Source of the DNA: an uncultured Gemmatimonadales bacterium
GTDB lineage: Bacteria; Gemmatimonadota; Gemmatimonadetes; Gemmatimonadales; GWC2-71-9
NCBI GenBank assembly: GCA_963748815.1
Contig: CAVVKJ010000010.1
Coordinates: 416,001 to 480,000 of the forward strand
DNA length: 64,000 bases
Direction: 5' to 3'
A program made the position numbers and the translations under genes. Position 1 is the first letter of the stretch. Each line of letters starts with the position of its first letter. This document shows, piece by piece, positions 18,294 through 28,417 of the stretch. The notes under the pieces are model-generated. The model made no database searches, was not told the DNA's origin, and worked only from the letters and a program-made list of their open reading frames with translations.

Positions 18294-19000
18294 CGGCCGA
18301 GCGCCTTCCGCTGCAGCGCGAAGAGCTGGGCGATCCCCCGCTCGCCGTAGGCCAGCAGGCTGTCGAGTTCGGCGCGGCTGAAGGTGCCGGCCTCGCCCGT
18401 GCCCTGCACCTCGACGAACTTGTCCGGCTCCAGCATCACGAAGTTGGCGTCGACCCCGGCGTCCTTGTCCTCGAGGTAGGCTAGGTCGAGCCGGACCTCT
18501 CCCTCCACCACGCCGACCGACACCGCCGCCACCAGGCAGCCGAAGGGATCCGGCACGCCGGTCGTCCTCGCGAGCCAGGCGGTCGCGTCCGCCAGCGCCA
18601 CGCAGGCGCCGGTGATGCTGGCCGTGCGGGTGCCGCCATCGGCCTGCAGCACGTCGCAGTCGACCCGGATGGTGTACTCCCCGAACGCCATCGTCCCCAT
18701 GGCCGCGCGGAGCGAGCGGCCGATCAGCCGCTGGATTTCCTGCGTGCGCCCGCCCGGTCCGTTCCGTTCCCGGGAGGTCCGTTCGCTGGTGGCGCGCGGC
18801 AGCATCGCGTATTCCGCCGTGACCCATCCCTGCCCCGACCCCCGGCGCCAGGAGGGGACGCCCTGCTCCACGCTCGCGGTGCAGTGCACCAGCGTGCCCC
18901 CGGCGCGCACCAGGCAGGAGCCCTCGGCGTAGGGATTGGCGCCGCGCTCGAGCACGAGCGGGCGAAGTTCGTCGTTCTGTCGGCCATCAGGACGGGGCAC
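18290..19000 (-). CDS. rph: Ribonuclease PH
   Basis: RPDGR, GWVTAEYAMLP, EIQRLIGRSLRA, DCDVLQADGGTRTASITG, EVQGTGE. Confidence 0.97.
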   Translation of the reverse strand: MPRPDGRQNDELRPLVLERGANPYAEGSCLVRAGGTLVHCTASVEQGVPSWRRGSGQGWVTAEYAMLPRATSERTSRERNGPGGRTQEIQRLIGRSLRAAMGTMAFGEYTIRVDCDVLQADGGTRTASITGACVALADATAWLARTTGVPDPFGCLVAAVSVGVVEGEVRLDLAYLEDKDAGVDANFVMLEPDKFVEVQGTGEAGTFSRAELDSLLAYGERGIAQLFALQRKALGR

Positions 19001-19463
19001 GCAGGCGCTCCACGAGTCGGGTGGTGGATTGGTCAGGCACGAGATCGACGCGGACGACGCGCCCCCCGCGGGATTCCACGAAGTCGGCGCCGACGATCTG
19101 GTCACGGGTGTAGTCGGCGCCCTTCACGAGCACGTCGGGCTCGAGGGCGCGGATCAGCTCGAGGGGGGTCTCCTCGTCGAACAGCACGACACAGTCGACC
19201 GCCGCAAACCCCGCCAGCATCCGCGCGCGCGCCGACTCCGGGACGATCGGTCGATCCGGGGACTTGCCGAGGCGGCGGACCGAAGCGTCGGAGTTGACGC
19301 CGACGACCAGCGCGCCGCCCTCGGTGCGGGCCGTTTCCAGGAGGGCCAGATGGCCGGGGTGCAGCAGGTCGAACACCCCGTTGGTGAACACGACGTTGCC
19401 CATCTCGGCGCGGCGCCATGCCTGGGCCTCCGCCAGCGTGCGGACCTTGCGCTCGGTATTCAG
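18987..19463 (-). CDS. rfaE2: D-glycero-beta-D-manno-heptose 1-phosphate adenylyltransferase (RfaE domain II)
   Basis: VFTNGVFDLLHPGH, GVNSDASV, VLVKGADY, STT; frame open upstream to a CTG overlapping the antiporter stop. Confidence 0.9.
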   Translation of the reverse strand: MNTERKVRTLAEAQAWRRAEMGNVVFTNGVFDLLHPGHLALLETARTEGGALVVGVNSDASVRRLGKSPDRPIVPESARARMLAGFAAVDCVVLFDEETPLELIRALEPDVLVKGADYTRDQIVGADFVESRGGRVVRVDLVPDQSTTRLVERLRAPS

Positions 19464-20739
19464 AGCAGGTGCTCGGCGCCGACATCCGCCGACCGCCCCC
19501 GGAAGAGCAGCTTGAGGAGCGGCGGCGCGACGAAGGTGGTCCCCATGACCATCAGGAGGACGACGCTGAAGACATCATCGGTCAGGAGGCCGGACCGGCG
19601 TCCGACGTCGGCGAAGATGAGACCGACCTCGCCCCGGGGCACCATGCCGACGCCGACGGCCAGCCGGCGGAAGCTCTTCCACGGTGCGGCGTAGCCCGCC
19701 GCCACCTTGCCGAGAATGGCCAGGATGGTGAGGCCGAGTGCCACGAGGAGGAGGAAGCCGCCCCCCGGACGGGTGGGGTTGAGCAGGTTGACGTCGAGCG
19801 AACTGCCGACGCTCACGAAGAAGATCGGCGTGAGGAGCGCGCCGACCGGGCGGACGCGCTGCTCGATGGCGTTGTACTGCTCGGTGCGCGCCAGGATGAT
19901 GCCGGCGGCGAAGGCGCCCATGATGAGGGCGGAGCCGGCCCATGTCCGCCACCGCCGCCAGCCCGAAGGCGAGCGCCAGCGCGATGATCGGGACGGCGTA
20001 CGAGACCTTCATGTTGGCGATGGCCCGGAACAGCCGTGGCGCCACCCAGCCTCCGATCGCGATCGCGATGACGAGGAAGCCGACGGCGACCGCCAGGATG
20101 CGGGCCACGCTGAACGGCGACAGCGCGCCTGCCGGCGGCGATGCCCGACACGACCGTCAGGATCACGAGCCCGAGCACGTCGTCGATGACGGCGGCGCCG
20201 ATGATGATCCGTCCTTCCGTCGAGCCGAGATTCGAGAGGTCGGAGAGCACTCGGGCGGTGATGCCGACCGAGGTGGCGGTCAGCGCTGCGCCGATGAAGA
20301 CGGCGGCGGTGCTGAGGGTCGTCGGGTCGCCCATGCCGTGGGGAACGTTCGCCCAGAAGAGGTAGCCGGCCAGGAAGGGCAGCACCACGCCGACCGCCGC
20401 GACCGACACCGCCGACCCGCCCACCTTCCGCATCTCCCGGAGGTCGGTCTCGAGCCCGATTTCGAACAGCAGCACGAGGACGCCCAGTTCGGCGAGAATC
20501 GTGATGATGTCGACCGTCGGGCCGGTGGCGGGGATGATCCCCAGCGCGCTCGAGCCGAGGATCACCCCGGCGAGCAGCTCACCGAGGACGGCGGGCTGGC
20601 CGACGCGTTCGGCAATCTCCCCGAAAAACTTGGCGGCCACGAGAATGGCAGCGAGGGTGAGGAGGAAGCTGGCGATGCTGTGTCCATCTCCCCCACCCGC
20701 GGCCGCCAGCACGGGGGTAACGGCCCCGATGGTTGGCAT
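19460..20739 (-). CDS. CPA2 family cation:proton antiporter (frameshifts near 20125 and 19940)
   Basis: GQPAVLGELLAG, LFEIGLETD, ATSVGITARVL, AAVIDDVLG, GAFAAG, PIFFVSVG, GMVPRGEV across three frames. Confidence 0.9.
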
Positions 20740-20746
20740 CACGATA

Positions 20747-21115
20747 TCAAAGCCCTTCGACGGCGCTGGGCCGGAAGTGGAAGGTGTGGTTGAAGAGCGG
20801 CAGGTGCACTTCCTCGGCATACTCGCTGCCAATGCTGATTTGCCGCGGCCTCGAGGTGCGCTTGATCTGGATCTTCTGCGCCTCGGCCGGGAGGCCGAGC
20901 CGGTCGACGGTCAGCAGCAGCCGGCGGCGGATCACGCCGTCCGAAATACTCGGCGCCAGCCGCGCCTGCGAGCGCATCTCGTCCTGGAACTGGTAGAACC
21001 GCCAGTAGACCTCGCCGATATTGACGCCGTAATACAGCACCGCGGAAAAGACGAGCAGCGTCAGGAGGCAGCCGGTCGAGCTGGATCCCCGTCGGTTCGA
21101 TGCGCGAGTTACCAT
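20747..21115 (-). CDS. Hypothetical membrane-anchored protein with pilin-like N-terminus (DUF4845-like)
   Basis: NRRG followed by one hydrophobic helix; packed in operon. Confidence 0.6.
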   Translation of the reverse strand: MVTRASNRRGSSSTGCLLTLLVFSAVLYYGVNIGEVYWRFYQFQDEMRSQARLAPSISDGVIRRRLLLTVDRLGLPAEAQKIQIKRTSRPRQISIGSEYAEEVHLPLFNHTFHFRPSAVEGL

Positions 21116-21654
21116 TGTGATTGCGCTCCGTCCACGATGTCCGTCACCAGTTTGTCCAAGGCCCGCACCCGGCCATCCTGTTCCCTGCCGGGATCGTAGT
21201 TGGCCTCGACGATGAGGCCGCTGCGCTGCCAGATGGCCTTGCCGGCCTTCTGATCGTAGATCTCGATGTTCACCGTCATCTGCAGCGCCCGCTGCGTGAC
21301 CACCACGTTCTGGTTGCCGGCGCTGTTGGTCGCGCCCGCCCCGGTATACGCCACCGGCAGGTCCGGTTCGTATCGCGTGATCGATCCGCGCACGATCGCG
21401 TCGGCGGTGTTCTCGCCCGCGGCGCGCAGTCCCAGCCGGCCCTCCATGGCGACCTTCACCGCCTCGTTCACCTGCTGCGTCAGCGCCGGCTCGGTCGTCA
21501 GATTGTCGAACGGCATGATCGCGACCGTCTTGATGTCCGCCGGCAGTCCCCCCCCCGCGAACCCGTACCAGCAGCCCACCAGCAGCGGGAGGCTAGCGAG
21601 CAGGCGGCGTCCAGACCGACGGGGGGAAGGCAGGCGCAGTCGAATCAGCGACAA
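21109..21654 (-). CDS. lptE: LptE-like LPS assembly lipoprotein
   Basis: GCWYGF, LPADIKTVAIMPFDNLT, ADAIVRGSITRY, C-terminal W. Confidence 0.75.
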   Translation of the reverse strand: MSLIRLRLPSPRRSGRRLLASLPLLVGCWYGFAGGGLPADIKTVAIMPFDNLTTEPALTQQVNEAVKVAMEGRLGLRAAGENTADAIVRGSITRYEPDLPVAYTGAGATNSAGNQNVVVTQRALQMTVNIEIYDQKAGKAIWQRSGLIVEANYDPGREQDGRVRALDKLVTDIVDGAQSQW

Positions 21655-22297
21655 TCGTCAGGTCCAGTCTCGCCGGTACGGAAGGAACGGTGAGCCGCGC
21701 GGAGACCGGTGCGCCGCGGGCGTCCAGCCTGGTCTCGACGATCCCCATCGTGACCCCTGCGCGTTGCCACTGTGCCCGCAAGGTACCCGGACTGGCGGTC
21801 CGGCGGGAATACCGCACCGTGTCGATGCCGGAGGCCCACTCCAGCGCGGTCGTCGTCGCATCTTGCTGGCCCCGGACCCGGGCTCCGGGCGGGGGCGGCC
21901 GAATGACCCCGAACATGGCCCACATGAGGGGATAGCTCGGAATCAACTGGGCGATGACCTCCGGCGGCTGGACCCACCGGGCCTCGTCGCCCACTACCAT
22001 CGCCGCAGCACCGCCGAGGCCCCACGGCCCCGCGATGTCGAATCGCATCGAGTCCGGTCCCGCGATCCGCGCACTGCCCTGGCCACCAACCGACGCCTGT
22101 CCATTGTTGAACAGCCACTTGAACCGGGACAGCTGCTGCCCGGTCGGTGCGGTGGCCAGGGCCCAGCGTGCCGCCTCGGCGTGGCCGACCGCCGGGAGTG
22201 GCTGGGGCGAGGTGACCGGCGCCGCCTTGGTGCAGGCAGCCAACAGGCAAAGATACGAAAAACGATGCAGGTGGTCAAGCCGAAAGTGTTGTGGCAT
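21593..22297 (-). CDS. Hypothetical lipoprotein
   Basis: Lipobox LAAC; fills the gap in the operon. Confidence 0.6.
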   Translation of the reverse strand: MPQHFRLDHLHRFSYLCLLAACTKAAPVTSPQPLPAVGHAEAARWALATAPTGQQLSRFKWLFNNGQASVGGQGSARIAGPDSMRFDIAGPWGLGGAAAMVVGDEARWVQPPEVIAQLIPSYPLMWAMFGVIRPPPPGARVRGQQDATTTALEWASGIDTVRYSRRTASPGTLRAQWQRAGVTMGIVETRLDARGAPVSARLTVPSVPARLDLTIVADSTAPAFPPSVWTPPAR

Positions 22298-22327
22298 AGG
22301 AGGTTATCGGGTTTCAGCTCAAGCGCT

Positions 22328-24386
22328 TCATCGCCTGATGACCCGAATCGGATCGCCCTCCGTCACCCGGAGCAGCGTGGTCGGGGTTCCCACGACCCTC
22401 CCGAAGATCGTGTATCGGCCATCGAGCTGCGGCTGGCTGCCCAGGGTCAGGAAGAACTGACTCCCTCCGGTATCGGGCCCCGAGAGGGCCATGGCCATCT
22501 GGTACCCGTCGAAGCGCCGCTGGTTGATTTCGTCGCGGATGGCGTAGCCGGGTCCCCCCCAACCGTCGCCGCGGGGATCACCGTCTCGCGCCACCAGGTC
22601 GGGGATGACCCGCTGCCACCGTCCGCGGTCGAAGAAGCGACGGTCGAGAAGGGTCAGGAAGTTGACCACGGTCAGCGGTGCCTCCGGACCGAGCAGTTCG
22701 ATCTCGATGATGCCGCGCTGGTCGGTCTCGATGAACACGTGGGGCCGGGCGTCCGGTGACTCGGGAACCGCCACGAACCGGCGGGTGATTTCCCGGTAGT
22801 CCTCGAGCGTGCGGCTGGTCTCGAGCGGGAAGGCCGGACCCCAGCGCGCCGCGGCGGCTGGCCAAGCCGATTCGGCCCAGAGGCGTATCACGTAGTTTGT
22901 CGGGCGGGAGGTGACCGAGAGGAAATTCCGTGAGACGTCGCCCGCGAGCTCGTCGGACTGGCTGGCGAGCGACCGGAGCGCCAGCAGCGCGCCGATCGCC
23001 GCGTCGGGGATGGAATCGCGTCCCGCGCGGTCGTACGCCGCCGCCAGCGGGACGACGTCGGTGGGGACGGGGGCGCGCGCGATCGCCTCTGCGGCGAGCG
23101 TGCGCACGCCGACATCGGGGTGGCTCAACAGGCGCCGCGCGGCGGCGAGCAGCTTGGGATCGGGACCCTGCACCGCCTGGAACCACCCTTGCAAGCGCGG
23201 CGGCGGCGACCCGGCCGTCCGGGTCGGCCATGAAGTCGGGATGCGACACGTCGGGACCCGGGGCGACCCATCCCCAGCCCTCCGCGGCCGCCGCCCGCTC
23301 CGGCCAGCGGGGACTCGCCGTCCAGGGAGCCGAGAGCGCACGGAACGAATCGGCGCTGATCCGTGCCAGCCCGAGGAGCGCCTCCTGCTGCAGCGCGAAG
23401 GTTCCCTTCCCTTCCCGGACGATGCGCGACAGTTGCGCCACGGCGACCGGTCCTCCCGACTGCGCCACCGCCCTGGCCGCCTCCACCTGGACGTTGAAGG
23501 TCTGGTCGGCGAGCTGGGCGACGACCTTGTCGGCCACCTCCGGACGGCCATACGTCCCCAGCGCCCGGAGGGCGTTGATGCGCACGCTCGCCTGTTCGTC
23601 CCGGGCGGCGCGCGTCAGCAGCTGGATCACGCTGCCCTGGTCCAGCTGCGCGGCGTCGGCGTACGATGCGGTCAGGGCGCGGGCGGCATAGGTCCGCACC
23701 AGCGGGTGCTTGTCCTGGAGGGCGGTGAGCATCGTCGCGCCGGCCGCGGGGGCGCGGAGCTGGGCGAGCGCGAAGACCGACCGCCAGCGGAGCTCCTCGT
23801 CGTCGCTCTCGGCCAGCGCCATCAGCTGCCGAACCGGGCCGGCCGCTCCCAGCCGCCACGACTCGGTCGCGGCGTGGCGGACGAGGACGTCGCTCGCCCC
23901 GGTCATCGAGAGGTTGGCGGTGTTGCTGAGCACGCGAATCACCATGTCCGACGCGGTCGGCCCGCCGATCTTCGCGAGGGCGGTGACGATTTCCTTTGCC
24001 GTTTCGAGCGTGGGCGTCGGGAGTCCGGTCAGGCGCGCGATGAGCGGCGCCACCGCGGCGGTGTCCCGCAGGAGCCCGAGGGCAAAGGCGACGGTCGCGT
24101 GGGAGGTGGAGTCGAGATCGCGGAGCATGGGGATCAGGAGGGCGGTCCCCCGCAGGTCGCCGATCCGCCCGATTGACAGCGCGGCCGCCCGGCGCACCAG
24201 CGGTTCCGGCGACAGCGTGCCCGCCTCGAGCGCGGCCGGGGCCCACCGGCGCGCATCCTCCGCCTGCAGCATCGGCGCGATGGCCTCCACGATGGCGGCG
24301 TCCTGCGCGCGCGCCGGCGTGGCCCCCCAGAGCAGCAGCCCCACTATGGCGGGCAGGAAGCGGGACACCTGCAGGGGCGCGGTCAC
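22328..24386 (-). CDS. Exported HEAT-repeat protein with C-terminal cyclophilin-type PPIase domain (frameshift near 23193)
   Basis: VRRAAALSIGRIG-type HEAT repeats; ETDQRGIIEIEL..APLTVVNF..GDPRGDGWGGPG..DTGGSQFF..LDGRYTIFGRV. Confidence 0.87.
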
Positions 24387-24802
24387 GCAGGATCGGGGAT
24401 GGGGTGCAGCAGCGCGGCGACTTCGGCTGGAAGCCGGGTGGGCGTGAACGCGTGGTCGAGGCTCAGCATCCGTGTCTCCGCGCTCACCAGGAGGACGCCC
24501 GTCTCGGCGTGGGTCAGTCGGTAGGCAAAGGTCACCCGGCGGCTGGCGAGCTCGCGCACCCAGCACCGGACCTGCACCAGGTCGTCGTAGCGCGCGGGAC
24601 GATGATAGCGCATCGTCAAGTCGCCCACCACGAGGAAGAACCCCATCCCCTCCAGCTCGCGATAACTCATGCCGGCCTGCCTCAGATACTCGGTGCGGGC
24701 GACGTCGAGCCAGACGGCGTACCGGGCGTGATACACGACGCCCATCGCGTCGATCTCGGAGTAGTTGACCCGCGCGAAGGTGTCGGAGTGGGTGACGGGC
24801 AT
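24383..24802 (-). CDS. Acyl-CoA thioesterase (YbgC/4HBT hotdog fold)
   Basis: VNYSEIDAMGVVYHARY..LDVARTEYL, YHRPARYDD. Confidence 0.92.
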   Translation of the reverse strand: MPVTHSDTFARVNYSEIDAMGVVYHARYAVWLDVARTEYLRQAGMSYRELEGMGFFLVVGDLTMRYHRPARYDDLVQVRCWVRELASRRVTFAYRLTHAETGVLLVSAETRMLSLDHAFTPTRLPAEVAALLHPIPDPA

Positions 24803-24827
24803 CGGAGGCCGGGAAGGGGGTTGGCTG

Positions 24828-24900
24828 AAGGTAGGCCCGGGAGTCGCCGAAAGTCAAATGCCGCAAGCGCTTGCGAGACAGCCAGAGTGGTTCCTATCTT
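24828..24900. promoter_or_regulatory. Back-to-back sigma70-like promoters
   Basis: Minus: TTGACT-18-TACCTT (24857 to 24828); plus: TTGCGA-18-TATCTT (24871-24900), GTG 5 nt later. Confidence 0.45.
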
Positions 24901-24905
24901 CGGTC

Positions 24906-25637
24906 GTGTTCGGCACCCAGCTGCTTGTCCTGTCAGACGCCCACGTGGGCGCCTCCCCGCCGGAAATCGAGGAGGCGCTCCTCGAGTTTCTCGATCGCGC
25001 CCCCACGCTGGGCGACTCCCTCCTCCTGAACGGCGACATCTTCGATTTCTGGTTCGCCTACCGGCGCCTGATTCCGCGGCGCGGGTTCGAGGTGGCCGCC
25101 GCCATCCGGCGGGTGCGGAAGCGGATGCCTGTCGCCATGGTGGGAGGCAACCACGATCGGTGGGGGGAGGATTTCTGGGAGCAGGATCTCGACGTGCGAT
25201 TCGCGCCGCTCCGCATGGAGCTCCTCGTCGGGACCCGGCGGGTCCTCGCGATCCACGGCGACGGCGTGACGGAGTCGCACTGGTCCGCCGTGCTGCTCCA
25301 GGAAATCACCCGTCACCCGGCGTTCGTGACGATCTGGAAATACGCGCCGACCTGGTTCGCCTTCTGGGTGGTCGATCGGATGACCCATTCGCTGGGGAAC
25401 ACGGTGCGGGAGGAGGAGATCCTGCAGCGGGCGTCGGTGCGGCAGCGGGAGTGGGCGGAGGCCGAGCTGGCCAGGGATCCGGGACTCGGCTGCCTCGTGA
25501 TGGGCCACACCCACCGGCCCGTCCTCAGCGAACCGAGCCCCGGCCAACAGTTCCTCAACCCCGGCGCCTGGCTCGACGGCCTTCGGTACGCAGTCGTCAC
25601 GCCGTCCGGTGCGGAGCTCGCCGTCTACAAGCGGTGA
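24906..25637 (+). CDS. lpxH: UDP-2,3-diacylglucosamine diphosphatase-like metallophosphoesterase
   Basis: SDAHVG, NGDIFDFWF, GNHD, IHGDG, MGHTH, NPGAW. Confidence 0.85.
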   Translation: MFGTQLLVLSDAHVGASPPEIEEALLEFLDRAPTLGDSLLLNGDIFDFWFAYRRLIPRRGFEVAAAIRRVRKRMPVAMVGGNHDRWGEDFWEQDLDVRFAPLRMELLVGTRRVLAIHGDGVTESHWSAVLLQEITRHPAFVTIWKYAPTWFAFWVVDRMTHSLGNTVREEEILQRASVRQREWAEAELARDPGLGCLVMGHTHRPVLSEPSPGQQFLNPGAWLDGLRYAVVTPSGAELAVYKR

Positions 25638-25664
25638 GGCTACCTTCGTCGGTCCTCAGTCCTC

Positions 25665-26465
25665 CTACCCCAGCCGCACCAGTTCCGGCTCCCCCAGCCG
25701 CTCGCCGAGAAACCGCGCCCCCACCTGAAGAAAGCGGGCCTGGTCGTCGCTGACCACGAAGCGGTGGCTCCCCGGCACGGTGGTCCCGCTAGCCGTCCCT
25801 GCCTCCTCCAGCGCTTCGGCGAGGCTGATGGCCGTCTCTTCCGCGCTGTCGATCAGCGCGACCGTCCCCCCCATCACTTCGTGCAGCAGCGGCTTCAGCA
25901 GCGGGTAGTGCGTGCACCCGAGCACAAGGGTGTCGGCGCCAGCCACCCGGAGCGGGGTGAGGTATTCCTCGGCCACCAGTCGCGTCGCCGGATGGTCGAA
26001 CCATCCCTCTTCGACCAGCGGCACCAGGAGCGGGCAGGCGACCTGCTCGATGCGCGCCGCGGGGAGAATCCGCCGGATGGCGGCGGGATAGGCCTGGCTC
26101 GCGACGGTACCGGCGGTGCCGATCACGCCGATGCCGCCCCCGCGGGTCGCCCTCGCGGCCGCGCGGGCGCCGGGTTCGATGACGCCGAGGACGGGCACCG
26201 GCGACGCCGCACGAAGGGCGTCGAGGGCGTGGGCGGTGCTGGTGTTGCACGCGACCACCACCGACTTGACGCCCTGCCCCAGCAGCCAGTCGAGAATCTC
26301 CAGGCTGTACCGCCGCACCGTCTCCGGGGACTTCGGCCCGTAGGGGACGCGCGCGGTGTCGCCGAAGTAGATGGTGGATTCGAGCGGCAGCCGCTCGTAG
26401 ATGGCGCGGGCCACCGTCAGGCCGCCGATGCCGGAATCGAAGATGCCGATCGGCGCGGCGTTCAC
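25665..26465 (-). CDS. murI: Glutamate racemase
   Basis: IGIFDSGIGGLTV, PYGPKS, ACNTS, LGCTHYP. Confidence 0.97.
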   Translation of the reverse strand: MNAAPIGIFDSGIGGLTVARAIYERLPLESTIYFGDTARVPYGPKSPETVRRYSLEILDWLLGQGVKSVVVACNTSTAHALDALRAASPVPVLGVIEPGARAAARATRGGGIGVIGTAGTVASQAYPAAIRRILPAARIEQVACPLLVPLVEEGWFDHPATRLVAEEYLTPLRVAGADTLVLGCTHYPLLKPLLHEVMGGTVALIDSAEETAISLAEALEEAGTASGTTVPGSHRFVVSDDQARFLQVGARFLGERLGEPELVRLG

Positions 26466-26992
26466 CGGAGGCGCACCGGCACGGAGACGGCGCCAGCCAT
26501 GCCGCCGTTGGGCGCCGCCTGGATGGAGAGGTCGCCCGGGAAGTCCCACAGGTGTGCCGACACGTACGCCTCCATGGCCGCGAGCAGGTGGTTCAGGCCG
26601 AGCAGGACGAGCCAATCTTCCTTCTGCTGCTGCTTGGAGTCCACGCTGCCGCTATTGATCGATTCGAGGTAGTTCAACTGGCTGCTGGTGGTGAGCACCA
26701 TCCCGAGGGTGACTCCTTCCGCCGCCACGAAGAAGGCGCCGGCGGTCTTCCGTCCGAGCGTGGCCTGCCCCCACCCGGGAATGAGCAGGGAGCGGAAGAA
26801 GGCTCCCATCGGGGTCGCGGGCGGCCGAATTGTCGGCACGGTGTCGAGGGCAACCGCCGGGCGCTCGGCGGTGATGGCGCTGGGAACGGAGTCCCTGGCC
26901 TTGGTGGTGTCGAGCACCGCCGCGGAGTCCTGTGCCCCGGCGGTGGCCGCCGGGACGAGGCACAACAGCAGGAACGCCGCCCAGGGTTTCAC
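26462..26992 (-). CDS. Hypothetical exported/membrane protein (DUF5683-like)
   Basis: SLLIPGWGQ..EAYVSAHLWDF pattern. Confidence 0.7.
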   Translation of the reverse strand: MKPWAAFLLLCLVPAATAGAQDSAAVLDTTKARDSVPSAITAERPAVALDTVPTIRPPATPMGAFFRSLLIPGWGQATLGRKTAGAFFVAAEGVTLGMVLTTSSQLNYLESINSGSVDSKQQQKEDWLVLLGLNHLLAAMEAYVSAHLWDFPGDLSIQAAPNGGMAGAVSVPVRLR

Positions 26993-27900
26993 GCCGAACG
27001 TCCCTCCGGGGCGGCCACCAGCACCGGCAACGCCGCCGCGTGCACTGTCACGTCCAGCGAGCTTGATCCAGGCGACCGGAGTTCGCCGTCGAGGTGGGCG
27101 GTCAGGGGGCCGTCGTCAGAGCGCACCTGCACCCGCCTCCCCCGCGCCATGCGCACCTCTTTCAACCCGGTGTGCTTCCCGGTCAGGACCCGGGGAGCCT
27201 TGGTCAGCAGGAAGCCCAGGCCGAACTGACCCACGGCGCAGACGTCGAGCAGTCCGTCGTCCGGGCGCGCATCAGGCACCAGGTAAAAGACTCCGCCGGC
27301 GCAGGGCCCGATGCCGATTTCGAGGACGGTGGTCGGTTCGCTCCAGGCCGTGCCGTCGACGTCGATGTGGAGCTGCAGGGCGCGGCGATGAATGACCGCC
27401 TGGAGCGCCGCCACGACGTAGCCGAGCGCCCCGGGCCAGTGCTTGTACTGGTTGACGCGCCGGGCCACATCGGCGTCGAGGCCGACGCCGATCGAGTTCA
27501 CGAAATATTCGCCCCAGGCCGCCCCGACGTCGAACGGTCGAACCTCGGCCCCGGCGAGCGCGGCGACGGCGGCTTCCGGCGTGCGGCCCGTCGTGCCGGT
27601 CATCTTCGCGAAGTCGTTCCCGGTGCCCACCGGCACCACACCGAGTGGCGGCCGGACACCCGCGTCCCGCGCCAGCAGCCCGTTCGCCACCTCGTGCACC
27701 GTCCCGTCGCCCCCGACGGCGATGATCCGGGCCACCCCGTCGCGCACCTGGCGCGCGAGCGCCGTGGCGTGTCCCGGCCCGTTGGTCAAGGCCAGCTCCA
27801 CCTCTCCCCAGTGCGCCCGGGCAGCACGCACGACATCCTCGCGGAATCGTGCGCTCCGGCCATGCCCGGCGGCTGGGTTGAGGATGACGAGTGTCTGCAG
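26989..27900 (-). CDS. Diacylglycerol/lipid kinase family protein (YegS/BmrU-like)
   Basis: VILNPAAG, AVGGDGTVHEVANG, GTGNDFA, DDGLLDV, HLDGE; conserved N-terminus implies a CTG start at 27900. Confidence 0.93.
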   Translation of the reverse strand: MQTLVILNPAAGHGRSARFREDVVRAARAHWGEVELALTNGPGHATALARQVRDGVARIIAVGGDGTVHEVANGLLARDAGVRPPLGVVPVGTGNDFAKMTGTTGRTPEAAVAALAGAEVRPFDVGAAWGEYFVNSIGVGLDADVARRVNQYKHWPGALGYVVAALQAVIHRRALQLHIDVDGTAWSEPTTVLEIGIGPCAGGVFYLVPDARPDDGLLDVCAVGQFGLGFLLTKAPRVLTGKHTGLKEVRMARGRRVQVRSDDGPLTAHLDGELRSPGSSSLDVTVHAAALPVLVAAPEGRSA

Positions 27901-27924
27901 GCGGCCCTCGACGGGGAGGAAAGA

Positions 27925-28022
27925 TGGCGGGAGCGTGTGGGAATCGAACCCACCGGAGCCGCCTGAGGCGCCTCCATCGCGGTTTTGAAGACCGGCCGAA
28001 CCACCAGGCCCGATCCGCCCCC
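27925..28022 (-). tRNA. selC: tRNA-Sec (anticodon TCA)
   Basis: 98 nt: GGGGGCGG AT CGGGCC TGGT GGTTCG GCCGGT CTTCAAA ACCGCG, long variable arm, GTGGG TTCGATT CCCAC ACGCTCCC G CCA; 6-bp D stem with 4-nt loop, G discriminator. Confidence 0.93.
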
Positions 28023-28030
28023 GGGAAACC

Positions 28031-28417
28031 TCAGTCCGTACACGCGACTACGTCGATCTCCACCCGCGCCCCCTTGGGGAGCCCCGCGACCGCGACGGTG
28101 GAGCGCGCCGGCCGGTGGCTCCCGAAGTGCTTCGCGTAGACCTCGTTCATCGCGCCGAAGTCGGCCATGTCGATGAGATAGACGGTCGTCTTGACGACCT
28201 TGTCGAATCCGGTGCCGGCGGCGGCGAGCACCGCCCGCAGGTTCGCGAAGACCCGTTCCGACTGTTCCGCCACGCCGCCCGGCACCAGCTCCATGGTGGC
28301 CGGATCGAGCGCCACCTGGCCCGCGGTGTACACGTAGGCACCGCTGACGATGGCCTGGCTGTACGGGCCGATCGCCTTGGGGGCGTCTGGCGTGGAAACG
28401 ACCGTGAGTTTCGTCAT
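28031..28417 (-). CDS. ridA: RidA/YjgF family enamine deaminase
   Basis: APKAIGPYSQA, VVKTTVYL, MNEVY, PARSTV, LPKGARVEI. Confidence 0.95.
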   Translation of the reverse strand: MTKLTVVSTPDAPKAIGPYSQAIVSGAYVYTAGQVALDPATMELVPGGVAEQSERVFANLRAVLAAAGTGFDKVVKTTVYLIDMADFGAMNEVYAKHFGSHRPARSTVAVAGLPKGARVEIDVVACTD

